Below are positions 1-10,575 of a DNA stretch of 56,684 bases, piece by piece. How positions within the stretch are numbered: the first letter of the stretch is position 1; every line of letters starts with the position of its first letter. Made by a program: the position numbers and the translations under genes. This DNA comes from a virus (Duplodnaviria; Caudoviricetes): IMG/VR virus record IMGVR_UViG_3300026518_000013, positions 1-56,684 of that record; one strand, given 5' to 3'. The notes beneath the pieces were generated by a model. The model was not told where the DNA came from, made no database searches, and was given only the letters and a program-made list of their open reading frames with translations.

Positions 1-135
1 AAAATTTTCATGCAATAATTGTGATAAATCATTTTCTAATACAGGAAAATATTTAAGTTCTAATTCAGCTTTTAACATCTTTTCAAAATTAAAAATTATA
101 AGTTTGGTTAACTTAATCCCCCCCCCTTCAAAAAA
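1..135. repeat. Terminal overlap, copy 1 (circular assembly)
   Basis: Identical to 56548-56684 except the poly-C run (9 C here, 11 C there). Confidence 0.97.
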
Positions 136-408
136 CTAACTACTTAATTGCCCAATGATATCATTGATATCACTGATAATTGTTTGTTGTTCAGTTGTTG
201 TCAAAATCTGATTAAAATTCAAAGAAAATTGATTATTGGCATATTTACCAAAATTACCAATTTGAGTTGAATTTTTACTAACTGAACCATCAATTCTCTT
301 TACAGTTGTTCCTTCTTTTTGAACAGAAATTGAATACATAAAATCTCCGTCATTAGTGGTATATAACGTTGTACTCGTTACATTACCTTTTTTTAGAACT
401 AAACTCAT
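136..408 (-). CDS. Hypothetical tail-region protein
   Basis: 90 aa ORF preceded by AAAGGAG-N6-ATG. Confidence 0.75.
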   Translation of the reverse strand: MSLVLKKGNVTSTTLYTTNDGDFMYSISVQKEGTTVKRIDGSVSKNSTQIGNFGKYANNQFSLNFNQILTTTEQQTIISDINDIIGQLSS

Positions 409-411
409 AAC

Positions 412-561
412 TTACTCCTTTCTTTTTGTTTGGGGTGAACCACCACCCACAGATTTAACATCATTTTCAATCTTTTTTCCTGTTTTGAAAATTTTCTTCC
501 AATTTCCAAGGACAATGCCAATTACAAAACCGACAATCAATCCAATAATCAAACTTTCCAT
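412..561 (-). CDS. Small single-TM membrane protein (49 aa, not in the ORF track)
   Basis: Manual translation MESLIIGLIVGFVIGIVLGNWKKIFKTGKK...KRKE*; fills the gap between 408 and 594. Confidence 0.7.
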   Translation of the reverse strand: MESLIIGLIVGFVIGIVLGNWKKIFKTGKKIENDVKSVGGGSPQTKRKE

Positions 562-593
562 AATACTTTAATTTTTAGTTAAACAATTAATTA

Positions 594-1742
594 CTAACTA
601 TTTGGAAACGTATGGTCAAGTATAATATAACTTGTTCCACTTGTTCCCGCTCTCATACTTACTACTATTCTTCTATTTGTTGTTGAACCAATTCCACAGG
701 CACCTAAACCTTTGTTATCAATTGTTGTTGAAGCATCATTATCTAACGTTACTAAATCAGCCCAATCACCAAGCTGGGAATCATTTGTTCCATCAGAATT
801 AGTCCAATAAGTATCAACTTTCATTTGAAAATCTGTACTATCACCAGCAGAATTATTTTGAACATAAACATCACCAGAAACAAAATTATTACTATCAATA
901 CTAAGGTTACTAATACTTGCATTGAATATTGGAGGAACATAAGGAATATCAACACTTAAAAATTGATTTGTTGGAATATTCACCCAGGTACTACCATCTG
1001 CCGACATAGCTCCTTTCACAGTATATGTTTGACTTGTATATACATTCACAGAAATATTAATATAATCATATGTTTGGGTACTCAAATCCTTCTGTACATA
1101 TGTAACTATATTTCCTGCACTATCTTCAATCCAAATTTTACTATACTGAAAACTTGTTCCTGATAACGCTTTGAATGCCTTACTTGCAACAGCTTGTACT
1201 ACCGCTGTAGATGTAGAACTTCCATCAGGTTGCCCGTATACCTCTCCACTACTTTCATCTTTCAACACCAATCCACATGGTGATGAATGAGCGTACCAGC
1301 GAAACTCACCCATTTGATATGGAGCAGCACCATCAGGACAAAATTGTGCACAAAAATTAACAGTTGAAACCAATTCCAAATCCCCTTCTTTTCTAAGATT
1401 ACTTCCGATAGCATTTCCTATCAATGTCATATCTATATGGTCACCCCCCAATGAATGATATACAATTGCCGAAACAGTTGCTGTCCCAGAAATACTTCCA
1501 TTTGCATCATGTGCTGTCCAAGCCACCGGAAAACTACAAGTGCTATCAGAAGCTGGATTGTCAGGCAACAGTGAAAGCGTTCCATCTTTAGAGCAACCAA
1601 CATAGACATTTGTAGAATCCGGGTCTGGCAAACTAATAGAATCTATTGTATAACCGGAATCAACATAGAACATAGTTGCATCAATTACAAATGCCACACC
1701 ACCTGTTGAAATTATATCCCCTATTTTTCTTAATGTTGCCAT
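594..1742 (-). CDS. Tail/adsorption structural protein, Ser/Thr/Asp-rich and beta-rich
   Basis: Directly downstream of the fibre; PYQMGEFRWYAH resembles the PYRLGDFRxYxH motif I recall from Bacteroidota phage tail proteins. Confidence 0.6.
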   Translation of the reverse strand: MATLRKIGDIISTGGVAFVIDATMFYVDSGYTIDSISLPDPDSTNVYVGCSKDGTLSLLPDNPASDSTCSFPVAWTAHDANGSISGTATVSAIVYHSLGGDHIDMTLIGNAIGSNLRKEGDLELVSTVNFCAQFCPDGAAPYQMGEFRWYAHSSPCGLVLKDESSGEVYGQPDGSSTSTAVVQAVASKAFKALSGTSFQYSKIWIEDSAGNIVTYVQKDLSTQTYDYINISVNVYTSQTYTVKGAMSADGSTWVNIPTNQFLSVDIPYVPPIFNASISNLSIDSNNFVSGDVYVQNNSAGDSTDFQMKVDTYWTNSDGTNDSQLGDWADLVTLDNDASTTIDNKGLGACGIGSTTNRRIVVSMRAGTSGTSYIILDHTFPNS

Positions 1743-1744
1743 GA

Positions 1745-4561
1745 TTAATTTTTATATTTTTTCAATTCATTTTCCAATTCACTTATCCTTTGTTCCAATT
1801 GTTTTATTTTCGCTTCATGTTCCTGTTCACCAGCTATCAGCAGCGGCACAAACGAAACATAATCAATGCTCAAATAATCATCATATAGCGGATGAACAAA
1901 CTCAGGTGCAATTGCCTGTACTTCCTGTGCTATCAAACCATAATTCAATCGGTTATCTTTTGCCGGGTTAAGTTCTTTTGCCAGACCATTCCAGTAATGC
2001 GTTACCGGTCTGAATTGGCCTATAAGTTGATTTGCATTTGTGATAGTTTGAACATTTTCTTTTAGGCGAATATCGGAGGCCGTCCATGCCGTTACTTCAC
2101 CTGTTGCTGTTACATTCCCTGCAAAGTACCCATTTCCATTAACAGCAAGTTTGTTTCCTGATGTTGGGTCGGAGGTGTAACCAAGAAAAGTGTTACCATC
2201 TATTATAGCCCCACCTTCCGTTCTTAATATCCCCGCAGAATTGCGATATAAGAATGTATCAGATGAAGCATTATTATTTGTAACAGAGGAAAATGAAAAC
2301 TTATAATCAGACGGAACCCTTATTTCTTTTACGGCATCCGATATATTTAATCCGATAACTCCTGATTCCCAAAATGAAAAATTTGTATCATTAGCACTAA
2401 AACCAGTGTCCGAATAAGAAGTAAAAGCAATCCCCGGCCCATCAGTAGCTATCACGCTACCATTCGGAAACCGAACTTGAGTAGGAAATGCACCCGCAAT
2501 ATCCAACAAGGCTGCCGGCGTCGTCCCAATCCCTACTTTAACCCCATCCGTATAAACAGGACTATTAACCAGACTTCCAGAAGATTTGTAAGGTAAGTAG
2601 CCTGTTGTTAAGTTTGTTGGGGTTATTGAACCAGTAGTGATTGAAGTAGCCCCCGTAATTGAGCCAGCGAGTGTTAAGTTTTTGGCTGACCAATCGACTG
2701 TTGTGAGATTAGATGTTCCAGAAGTATATATTTCTGTCCAGTCTGACCAACCCTGACAACAATCTCTTAAACTTCTTACATACAAAGGAGTTTTGTTTGT
2801 ATTACTCCAATTTGCAGCAATTTCAAATGCTTTTCCTGAATTATTAACAGATAATGTTATATCATATTTAGTTGGTCTTATAGAATCCGGATTATTATAA
2901 CCCGTATAAATTGCGATTCCTTTATAAATTTTTTGTGTTCTATCTCCACTACTTGTTGGGTCTGATGGTACATACAAAACATCGCTGCCTAAAATAGATA
3001 CTGGTTGGTCAGAAAGACTATTATAACTAACGCCCAAACCATTAACATAAGATTGTGTTACTTTTGCTGCAACCCTCGCATCAGTATAGTACAAATTTGT
3101 TGAACCTTCAGATACCTCATCAGTTGTATAACTTGGTTTTGTTGCAGCCTTAGCCCAAGCATATACATCCGATGCTGGTAATGTAGTAGGATAAGCTGGT
3201 AATCCATAACCACTTGTTGTTGTTGGATGTGCATCATATCCCCACACCTGACCCGTTGCTGTTCCAAAATCCTTGTTGAAAGCAGTGTTTTTCGTGAAAG
3301 CTGGTTCTTTCCCATTCAGTGCTGTTTGTAAGTCTGTCTGGTCTGATAATGTTCCCGTTATATTTCCCCAAATAGCAGCCGTTCCCCCTCCGGCAGTGGT
3401 TACCGACACAACACCATTCGCATCTACTGACAATCCAGAACCAATTTGCATGATACCTGTTGAAGTGGTTGTGGCAATTGGAAGTGCATCTAACAAGCTT
3501 GCCGGCAATCCAGAGCCATCATCAGCCCATGCCTGAATCTCACCGGTAGCGTATAAGTTACCAGTTACTTTTATGTTTCCATTAGCATCAACGGAAATAG
3601 GGCTATTAACAAGACTTCCATTCATGTAAGGTAAGTAGCCCGTTGATAGGTTTGTTGGGGTGATTGAACCTGTTGTAATTGAAGTTGCCCCCGTAATTGT
3701 TCCTGCAAGGGTTAGGTTTTGAGCTGCCCAATCAACAGAGGTGAGATTAGCGTTTCCAGAGTGATAGGCATAATACATTGCCCCGCCTGTCCCGTGTTCA
3801 AATTGTAAAAATAAATTAGGCGACCGACTCGCATCTACTGTCAATACCATCCCAGTACCAGATTGCTTTCTTAGATAATTATCAGAAAAAAATTGAATAC
3901 CCAAAGAATCAACTGAAAAAGTCAAATTACCTGTCATCGTATCCCCCGTAACATTCACAAACCTTGAATCTGCATCTGTTTTTGTGTAAGAATCTGTAAT
4001 ACCGTAACCAGACAATGTAGTATGATGCCAATCACCCCAGCCATAAGCAGTATTCCAATTATCTGAATTATCAGTTATTGACGTTCCCCATCCTGTACCT
4101 GTACTGACAGGAATGCCGGCAGCAGGAAAAACCATACCACCACCAGCCCCCGAGACAAGTGTTACAAGTCCATTTGCATCCACGGCAAAGTTAGATGCAC
4201 TGAATTGTGCAATACCGGTGCTGGTTGTACTTGCAATTGGCAACGCATCTAATAACGAGGCAGGTAAGCCAGTCCCATCATCACTCCATGCCTGAATTTC
4301 TTTTGTTGCGGCAAAATTACCGTCAAAAAGTAGAGTTCCAGCTGTTGGTATTGAGAAACCAAATTGGTCTAATATTTCCAATACATTTTTCTGTATAGTA
4401 TTAACATATAATCTATCTAACAAATTACCTTCAGGTATATTATCAGTTGTATAAGTTTGAGGATTCGTACTAACAACTTGATATACATTAGTAGGGTCAA
4501 AAGCCTTATAATAGTTTACATTACGAAATGATTTTTCTATTGTAACACCTAATGTAGCCAT
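1745..4561 (-). CDS. Tail fibre with C-terminal intramolecular chaperone (peptidase S74)
   Basis: Gly/Thr-rich repeats; SDIRLKENV...YGLIAQEVQ...DYLSIDY followed by a terminal coiled coil. Confidence 0.9.
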   Translation of the reverse strand: MATLGVTIEKSFRNVNYYKAFDPTNVYQVVSTNPQTYTTDNIPEGNLLDRLYVNTIQKNVLEILDQFGFSIPTAGTLLFDGNFAATKEIQAWSDDGTGLPASLLDALPIASTTSTGIAQFSASNFAVDANGLVTLVSGAGGGMVFPAAGIPVSTGTGWGTSITDNSDNWNTAYGWGDWHHTTLSGYGITDSYTKTDADSRFVNVTGDTMTGNLTFSVDSLGIQFFSDNYLRKQSGTGMVLTVDASRSPNLFLQFEHGTGGAMYYAYHSGNANLTSVDWAAQNLTLAGTITGATSITTGSITPTNLSTGYLPYMNGSLVNSPISVDANGNIKVTGNLYATGEIQAWADDGSGLPASLLDALPIATTTSTGIMQIGSGLSVDANGVVSVTTAGGGTAAIWGNITGTLSDQTDLQTALNGKEPAFTKNTAFNKDFGTATGQVWGYDAHPTTTSGYGLPAYPTTLPASDVYAWAKAATKPSYTTDEVSEGSTNLYYTDARVAAKVTQSYVNGLGVSYNSLSDQPVSILGSDVLYVPSDPTSSGDRTQKIYKGIAIYTGYNNPDSIRPTKYDITLSVNNSGKAFEIAANWSNTNKTPLYVRSLRDCCQGWSDWTEIYTSGTSNLTTVDWSAKNLTLAGSITGATSITTGSITPTNLTTGYLPYKSSGSLVNSPVYTDGVKVGIGTTPAALLDIAGAFPTQVRFPNGSVIATDGPGIAFTSYSDTGFSANDTNFSFWESGVIGLNISDAVKEIRVPSDYKFSFSSVTNNNASSDTFLYRNSAGILRTEGGAIIDGNTFLGYTSDPTSGNKLAVNGNGYFAGNVTATGEVTAWTASDIRLKENVQTITNANQLIGQFRPVTHYWNGLAKELNPAKDNRLNYGLIAQEVQAIAPEFVHPLYDDYLSIDYVSFVPLLIAGEQEHEAKIKQLEQRISELENELKKYKN
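2560..2722. repeat. Tail-fibre internal repeat B, copy 2 (partner ~3600-3760)
   Basis: SGTSNLTTVDWSAKNLTLAGSITGATSITTGSITPTNLTTGYLPY vs SGNANLTSVDWAAQNLTLAGTITGATSITTGSITPTNLSTGYLPY; 1038 bp offset, in frame. Confidence 0.9.
3450..3550. repeat. Tail-fibre internal repeat A, copy 2 (partner ~4209-4310)
   Basis: EIQAWADDGSGLPASLLDALPIATTTSTGI vs EIQAWSDDGTGLPASLLDALPIASTTSTGI; 759 bp offset, in frame. Confidence 0.9.
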
Positions 4562-4567
4562 AATTTA

Positions 4568-6583
4568 TTAACTCCCTGATTCAATCAAATATACTTGAGT
4601 ATCTGCATCATATTCTTCCAATATAATAGAATACTCATCCATCAAAGGATAGTGATTATATCCAGTTAATAAAAACTTTTTATCATCCTGTTTACTGTCA
4701 ATCCATTTATCAAAAATTTGAATTCTTTGTATTTCATTTTTTGGAATAATAACATCCGCTGTTATTTTTTGTCTTGGTTGATAATACAGTCTAAATTTTG
4801 CAAAAATAAACCATGTAACTATATCACGGACTATTGAACCACCATTAGTCCACTGTGTAGTTCTATCTTGTAAGTAAGAACCAGTTAAAATACCGTTTGA
4901 ATAATTAATATTTGAAACATCAACAACAGTTAAATCATATTTCTTAACATTATGTACCGAAGAATTAATAAGTGCATTAAAATGATTATCAATATTCTTA
5001 ACTGGTTGATTTGCCGTAATTAAGACATCACCATATAATTCAGAATAAAAAGTACCAAGTGCACCAGGAACTAACGGAACTTTGTTACTGTCATAAACTT
5101 CTGTAATACCTATTCCAAACACCAAATCTTGAATAGTACCAACAACACTTGAGCCTGCCTTACCTATACCTATGTTAATATTCAAAGTATAAGTACCATT
5201 TTTCAAATCAAAATCTTTACCTTCAACATGCACCGTATTATAAACAGGTGAACCAGCATCTACCTCCACCAATTCATATTCTCCACTACTTTCATTCTTG
5301 ATGAAATACATATAACTATTCCAATACTGGCGTAAAGACCAATGAAAATCAAAACTATGTTGTTTAAGAAAATCTGAAGTCCATTGACTATCATTTGTTC
5401 CAGTTAAAGGTGCGTATTTCCAAGTAATAGAAATAGTTGTATTCTCATCATTAACAAAAACTTTGAAAGCCGTCCAAAGCCCAATAGAATACCAATCTTT
5501 ATTCCCATTACAACCAACATCATTCTTCCAAATAGTATTAGTTATGTTATTGAAAGAAGGATAGTTAAGCCATGTAAATAATCCATCTTTTACCCATTCC
5601 CGAATATTAGGAATTGGTACACCACTACTTGCAACATCAGGAATATTATCAACATCAAATTTTGGGTCAATTAAATTAAGAAACAAATGATTAGCTGTAT
5701 CTACATCCACTTTTATATTTGAAACAGCTTTATTCATTCTCAATGTTTGACTTTGTCTTAGAAAAACAAAATCATGTAAATCTATTTGTTCCCGGTTTAT
5801 GGTAACAATATCAGCTTTTATTTGCCCATCATATATAACACCTGTTGTATATTCAACATAAGAAACAGTATCTTTCCAAAGGTCATCAAATTGTTCAATA
5901 TACCAGTAACCTTCCTTCCAGTATAAATAACAATTGAAACTTTTTAGAATTTCTTTCAAAATTTCATCATTATGTTTTCTTTTTACATTATCTTCCCAAA
6001 ATAATTCTGTATTAATTCCATTAACATCGAATAATGTATGCCCAGCTGTAACACTACCGTCTGATAACGAACAATTAACCCTAATATTATAAGAATCTAT
6101 TTCACTTAATATTGCATCAATCAAGTTAATAAAGCGAATATCTTGTTTTTGATTAATTAGTCCAATAGTCCAATTTTTAAGTTTTGAAAGTTGAGTAGAT
6201 GCTGTCAAATGTATTACACTATTTTTCAACATTTTTTGTGTAGTAGGAACCTGGTCAATATAACCAGTAAAGATATTACGTTCCATACCACTTGGACCTT
6301 CAATATCTAATCGTACCCTGTGAACAGCACCCACTTCAGTCATCAAAGGCAGCAAAGTATAAAAGTCAGAAAAATTATTAATTATTTGAAAAGATAAAGT
6401 CTTTCCAAGTATATATGAATCCCAACTATCCCAATGTTGAACTATTTGAAGAGCATTTCTTGATTTAGAAAGTTTAAGATTTGTAACACCCCCTGAATAA
6501 TATGCTTCATCAATGTATAGATGCCCATATAATCCTTGTCTTGAACCCCACTCAGCCTGATATTTCAAAGCAAATTCACTCAT
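4568..6583 (-). CDS. Tail tip/hub structural protein
   Basis: 671 aa aromatic, beta-rich ORF between the tape measure and the fibre. Confidence 0.7.
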   Translation of the reverse strand: MSEFALKYQAEWGSRQGLYGHLYIDEAYYSGGVTNLKLSKSRNALQIVQHWDSWDSYILGKTLSFQIINNFSDFYTLLPLMTEVGAVHRVRLDIEGPSGMERNIFTGYIDQVPTTQKMLKNSVIHLTASTQLSKLKNWTIGLINQKQDIRFINLIDAILSEIDSYNIRVNCSLSDGSVTAGHTLFDVNGINTELFWEDNVKRKHNDEILKEILKSFNCYLYWKEGYWYIEQFDDLWKDTVSYVEYTTGVIYDGQIKADIVTINREQIDLHDFVFLRQSQTLRMNKAVSNIKVDVDTANHLFLNLIDPKFDVDNIPDVASSGVPIPNIREWVKDGLFTWLNYPSFNNITNTIWKNDVGCNGNKDWYSIGLWTAFKVFVNDENTTISITWKYAPLTGTNDSQWTSDFLKQHSFDFHWSLRQYWNSYMYFIKNESSGEYELVEVDAGSPVYNTVHVEGKDFDLKNGTYTLNINIGIGKAGSSVVGTIQDLVFGIGITEVYDSNKVPLVPGALGTFYSELYGDVLITANQPVKNIDNHFNALINSSVHNVKKYDLTVVDVSNINYSNGILTGSYLQDRTTQWTNGGSIVRDIVTWFIFAKFRLYYQPRQKITADVIIPKNEIQRIQIFDKWIDSKQDDKKFLLTGYNHYPLMDEYSIILEEYDADTQVYLIESGS

Positions 6584-6584
6584 A

Positions 6585-9500
6585 CTAAAAATTCTCCATA
6601 AATAAATCTTCTTCTTTCAAAACTCCTACTAATTCTCTTCCTTGTATATGTAATACAACTTCTTTAGTTCCTGTATTTTTGTTAAGATTCAATAATTCCG
6701 GTAATTTTTTTAAAGGTATAACTACCTCCCTACTTTGTAACATTGCAGGAAATGAATCATTTGAAAAACCATCAGGAACGATCCCTCCATTTGCCATACG
6801 TGCTTTTGCCTTAGCCTTTGGAATTGACGATAAGGCGGCAATAACAGCGGCTACACCCATTACAATAGCGATTAAGTTCATAGGAAACGGTTGTCCTGCC
6901 CCTGACTTCACTGCCTTTGAAACAGCAGCACCAGAATCCGCAGCACTTTGTACATTTGCACTTGCAGCGTTTGCGATATTAGCCGCTGTATTACCCATTG
7001 TGGCCGCTGTATGTAAGGTTGTTTGTAATGCAGCGGCTTTATGCATCAATCCAAGTAATTTAATCATTCTAATAATTACCGGTAATTTATTCAACACATT
7101 AGCTATCCATTGTAACCAACTACCAGCCATACCACCTATTGATGCACCCAAACTATTAAAAGCAGAAGACATTTGATTAATCATTGCTGTTGTTTGATTA
7201 TATTGCTTCATGGTACCTTGTAACTGACTTAATTTTTCTGAATATTGCTTAATAAGTGTAATTTGTTGTGGCGTAAATATGCCTTTATAATTTTCTAATT
7301 GTTGTAAAGCATTACTATATATTTGAATTTGTGCATTAACAAAATTAAATGAATTACCAAATAACTTAACATTTCTTTTGGCAAGTTTAAGTTGTTCAGG
7401 GATGTTTGCAAATATTTTTCCTATATCTTGACTTTGTAATTGAGCTTGTAGTTGTTTTATTTGTTCTTTCAAATACTTATAAGAAGCAGCTGTTAACTGC
7501 CCTGTTTTTATCCCTTGTTCTAAAGCGTTATTGAATAACTGTAATTTCAACTGAGTTGAATCAAAACCTTTTCCAAGTAAAATTGATATAGCATTGATAT
7601 GAGCCAATTGAATAGATAAAACATTTAATGGACTTGTTGATTCTTCATATTGTTTAATTAGTTGTTTTTGTTTTGAGATTAATTCTTGCAAAATTCTATT
7701 ATTAGGTTCAATACCAGACTGTAATAAACTACCTATTGCATCTTTATACGCGTTAATTCTTTGTTTTGTTAAATTAACCTGATTTCCATAGGCTTTTTCA
7801 GTATTAGTTAAGATTTTAAGTTTTTGTTGTAATTGGTCATATATTTTACCTTGGGCAACATCTAATACTGCACCATGAATAGTTATTGTTTTTGGTGTTT
7901 TATGAAAATCTTTTAATCTTTCATCTACTTTCTTAAGAAAATCTTGTAATTCTTTTATTCTTTGATTATAAGTTTTTATTTCTATTTGTTTTTGTTTATT
8001 ACTTGTTTCTTGTTGTGTTTTAACTACTTGTTTTTGTATTTTGTCTGTTGTATAAACAATACGATTATACCTTTCAGAATCTAATTTTTTCTCATAATCA
8101 GCAACTTTTTGTAAAGCTTCTTTTCTAACAGCTAATTCTTTTATATGTAAATTAGTTTCTTTTTTAATTTGTGTAACAATTTTATTTTTTAGTGCAAGTA
8201 TCTGCTCTTTATTCATACTTGACAGGACATTAACATAAGATTTCAAACTATTAGTAGCCTCAGTTAGATTCTTAGCTCTTTCAAATTCATCATTCAAACT
8301 CTTTTGTGCTATACTTGCTTTTTTAGTATTATTCCAAAAAGTATAAATAACAGTAGCGGCAATACCAGCAACAGCAATCCAAGCAGTTAACGGGTCAGTT
8401 AATATGGCAAGTTTAAGTGCATCAAACATTTTTACTAACTTACTGCCAATCATTAATAAACCAGGTAATACGCTTGTAGTCAAAAACCCTAAAACAGTTA
8501 AGATAGGACCTAAAACTGCCGTAATTCCTACCGCAATTATAATGAAATGTTGTGTTGAAGCGGATAAACCAGTAAACCAATTAGCAATAGATTGTATTAA
8601 TTTTGAAAATTTAGTAATGATTGGAATCAAAGCCTTTGACGTAACTTGCCCAAGTTTTGTTAACGCTGTTTGCATTCCTGCAACTGCTACATTCCACTTA
8701 TGTTGTACTGTATTAGCAACAGCCGCAAAAGCCCTGTCTAAAGTACCTGTATTATCAGACATCCTCTTGAAAATACCAATTGTATTTTGAAGATTGGAAC
8801 CAACTAAACTTAAAACACCGGTAAGGGCACGTATATTAGGAAATACTTTAGACATTATTGTTGTTCCATATTTTTCACTTAGTTTTCTTAATTCAAGTAA
8901 TGCAGCAAGTAATCCTTTATCTTTAATAACCTCCCGAAAATGTTCGGCAGAGGTACCCATTTCTTTGAATCCATTTTGTACTTTTGCAAACGAAGTACCC
9001 ATAGATTCCAATACTTGTTCACTTTTAGTGGTAGGTTTCAAAAATGCAGCCAAAATTTGACGTAATTCCATAGCTGCAGTAGAAGCATGCGTACCGGTCC
9101 TGGTCATGGCAGCCATTGCAGCCCCTACCTGATTAAATTTCACACCCATAGCAGAAGCAATAGGTAGTACCATACCCATACTTGCCGCTAACTCTTGCGG
9201 TTCAGCCTTACCTTCCCTAACTGTAGCTACTAATGTACTTACAGCCTGTTTTGCCTTTAGATTTGCAGCACCATAAGCATTCATAGCAGAAGTAGCCAAA
9301 TCAGCAACTGTCTTTACATCACCTAAACCAGCTTGTGCGGCTTCAGCCGAGTATTTTAGAACATTCATAGCATGTTGACCACGTAAACCAGCAGACGTGA
9401 TAAAAAACATTGCTTTAGCCAATTTTGTTGGACCTTCACCAACAACTGGACCTAACTTGAGAATTTGTTTTTCCCAAACATCTACTTTATCTTTTGCAAC

Positions 9501-9770
9501 ACCAACTAAACCATTGATTTTTGCAAGTTCATACTCAAACTTTTTGAATGTTATGAAAGAACCAGCTCCTAAAGCAACAATAGGTAATGTAACATATCTA
9601 TTAAGATTAGAACCAATTGTTTTGAAACTTGCCCCTAACCTTTTTGAAGAAGCTTCAATACGCGTAAAAGTAGCATTAGCAGTAGCTTCAAACTCCTGCA
9701 TTTTCTTTTCTGCCTGATATAGTCCAACTGTATTAACACCTAACGTAGCAATTAATGAACCTATATTCAT
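6585..9770 (-). CDS. Tail tape measure protein (TP901-family-like)
   Basis: MNIGSLIATLGVN start, Ala-rich helical core, hydrophobic segments, MANGGIV motif near the C-terminus. Confidence 0.93.
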   Translation of the reverse strand: MNIGSLIATLGVNTVGLYQAEKKMQEFEATANATFTRIEASSKRLGASFKTIGSNLNRYVTLPIVALGAGSFITFKKFEYELAKINGLVGVAKDKVDVWEKQILKLGPVVGEGPTKLAKAMFFITSAGLRGQHAMNVLKYSAEAAQAGLGDVKTVADLATSAMNAYGAANLKAKQAVSTLVATVREGKAEPQELAASMGMVLPIASAMGVKFNQVGAAMAAMTRTGTHASTAAMELRQILAAFLKPTTKSEQVLESMGTSFAKVQNGFKEMGTSAEHFREVIKDKGLLAALLELRKLSEKYGTTIMSKVFPNIRALTGVLSLVGSNLQNTIGIFKRMSDNTGTLDRAFAAVANTVQHKWNVAVAGMQTALTKLGQVTSKALIPIITKFSKLIQSIANWFTGLSASTQHFIIIAVGITAVLGPILTVLGFLTTSVLPGLLMIGSKLVKMFDALKLAILTDPLTAWIAVAGIAATVIYTFWNNTKKASIAQKSLNDEFERAKNLTEATNSLKSYVNVLSSMNKEQILALKNKIVTQIKKETNLHIKELAVRKEALQKVADYEKKLDSERYNRIVYTTDKIQKQVVKTQQETSNKQKQIEIKTYNQRIKELQDFLKKVDERLKDFHKTPKTITIHGAVLDVAQGKIYDQLQQKLKILTNTEKAYGNQVNLTKQRINAYKDAIGSLLQSGIEPNNRILQELISKQKQLIKQYEESTSPLNVLSIQLAHINAISILLGKGFDSTQLKLQLFNNALEQGIKTGQLTAASYKYLKEQIKQLQAQLQSQDIGKIFANIPEQLKLAKRNVKLFGNSFNFVNAQIQIYSNALQQLENYKGIFTPQQITLIKQYSEKLSQLQGTMKQYNQTTAMINQMSSAFNSLGASIGGMAGSWLQWIANVLNKLPVIIRMIKLLGLMHKAAALQTTLHTAATMGNTAANIANAASANVQSAADSGAAVSKAVKSGAGQPFPMNLIAIVMGVAAVIAALSSIPKAKAKARMANGGIVPDGFSNDSFPAMLQSREVVIPLKKLPELLNLNKNTGTKEVVLHIQGRELVGVLKEEDLFMENF

Positions 9771-10160
9771 TTATTTTTTTCCTTATTTTTCTTTTGCTTT
9801 TGATTAACATTCGCAAGCCCCAACAAAATAGCTTTCATTTCTTCAACTGATTGCGGTTGTTCTTTTTGTTTTTCAATCATTTTTTGTTGTTCTTTACTCC
9901 AAATCAATAGAAAATCTCTTGGAGTAGTCAATTTTGTTTCCTTTTTTCCATAAACTTGAATAAACAAATTAGTTATATGTGAAAGTATAACAGATATTCT
10001 GTAATCATCCCTCCATTCACCAACTGGGTCTATTTCATCGTATGCAAGTAATTCAGTTAATTGAGTACTGGTTAACTGTTTTAACATTATATCAGGATGA
10101 ATATAACCAAGTTTTCTTGCCAACCGAAAATAAAATTGTCTTTCCGGCCGGCTAATTAGT
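9767..10160 (-). CDS. Tail assembly chaperone gpT portion (expressed as a G-T fusion by -1 frameshift)
   Basis: The -1 frame from the slippery site reads LISRPERQFYFRLARKLGYIHPD, in frame with the 9767..10123 ORF. Confidence 0.85.
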
Positions 10161-10527
10161 TTTTTACCATTTTTTCTTTGACCTGTTCATCCATAGCATT
10201 CAATCGCTGGGCTACTTCAATCACCTTTTCCAATTTTGCGGCAGACATCGAATTACTAAGTAATTCAATATCATTTGGTTTCAAAATCAAATTACCTTTT
10301 TCATCACAAATAGTTTGCACAGCAAGTTTTGCCCTAAAATCTTTAACGGAACGTTTATACTCCACCACCCCGTTAGGATGTTCAATTTCTTTTAGAAGAG
10401 ATTGTTCAAAACTATCTCTTTCATGTCCTGTCATTTGCCGAACAAATACAAAATCACCATTTCCCAAGTCTACTTTTTCAATACTTAGGTCATCCCTTTT
10501 CAATAATTTTTCCCTGGTTAATAACAT
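10156..10527 (-). CDS. Tail assembly chaperone (gpG-like)
   Basis: Lies between the tail tube and TMP; VFVRQMTGHERDSFE...TICDEKG. Confidence 0.85.
   Translation of the reverse strand: MLLTREKLLKRDDLSIEKVDLGNGDFVFVRQMTGHERDSFEQSLLKEIEHPNGVVEYKRSVKDFRAKLAVQTICDEKGNLILKPNDIELLSNSMSAAKLEKVIEVAQRLNAMDEQVKEKMVKN
10159..10165 (-). promoter_or_regulatory. Programmed -1 frameshift heptamer A AAA AAC
   Basis: GTA AAA AAC TAA ends the chaperone gene; matches X XXY YYZ. Confidence 0.85.
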
Positions 10528-10543
10528 AATTTTTTACTTTTTC

Positions 10544-10564
10544 AAAAAAACACTTGATTAGTGT
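10544..10564 (-). terminator. Hairpin ACACT-AATCA-AGTGT plus U-tract after the tail tube gene
   Basis: Its 18-mer core (10547-10564) is identical to 15087-15104. Confidence 0.6.
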
Positions 10565-10575
10565 GTTAATTAGAT

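Noticed and set aside
1-135. End repeat as a biological direct terminal repeat
   Set aside because: It cuts through ORF 56266..56625, lies far from the terminase region and looks like an assembler circular overlap
2560-4310. Tail-fibre repeats as a diversity-generating retroelement (TR/VR)
   Set aside because: No reverse transcriptase in the genome, and mismatches fall mostly at third codon positions rather than being adenine-specific
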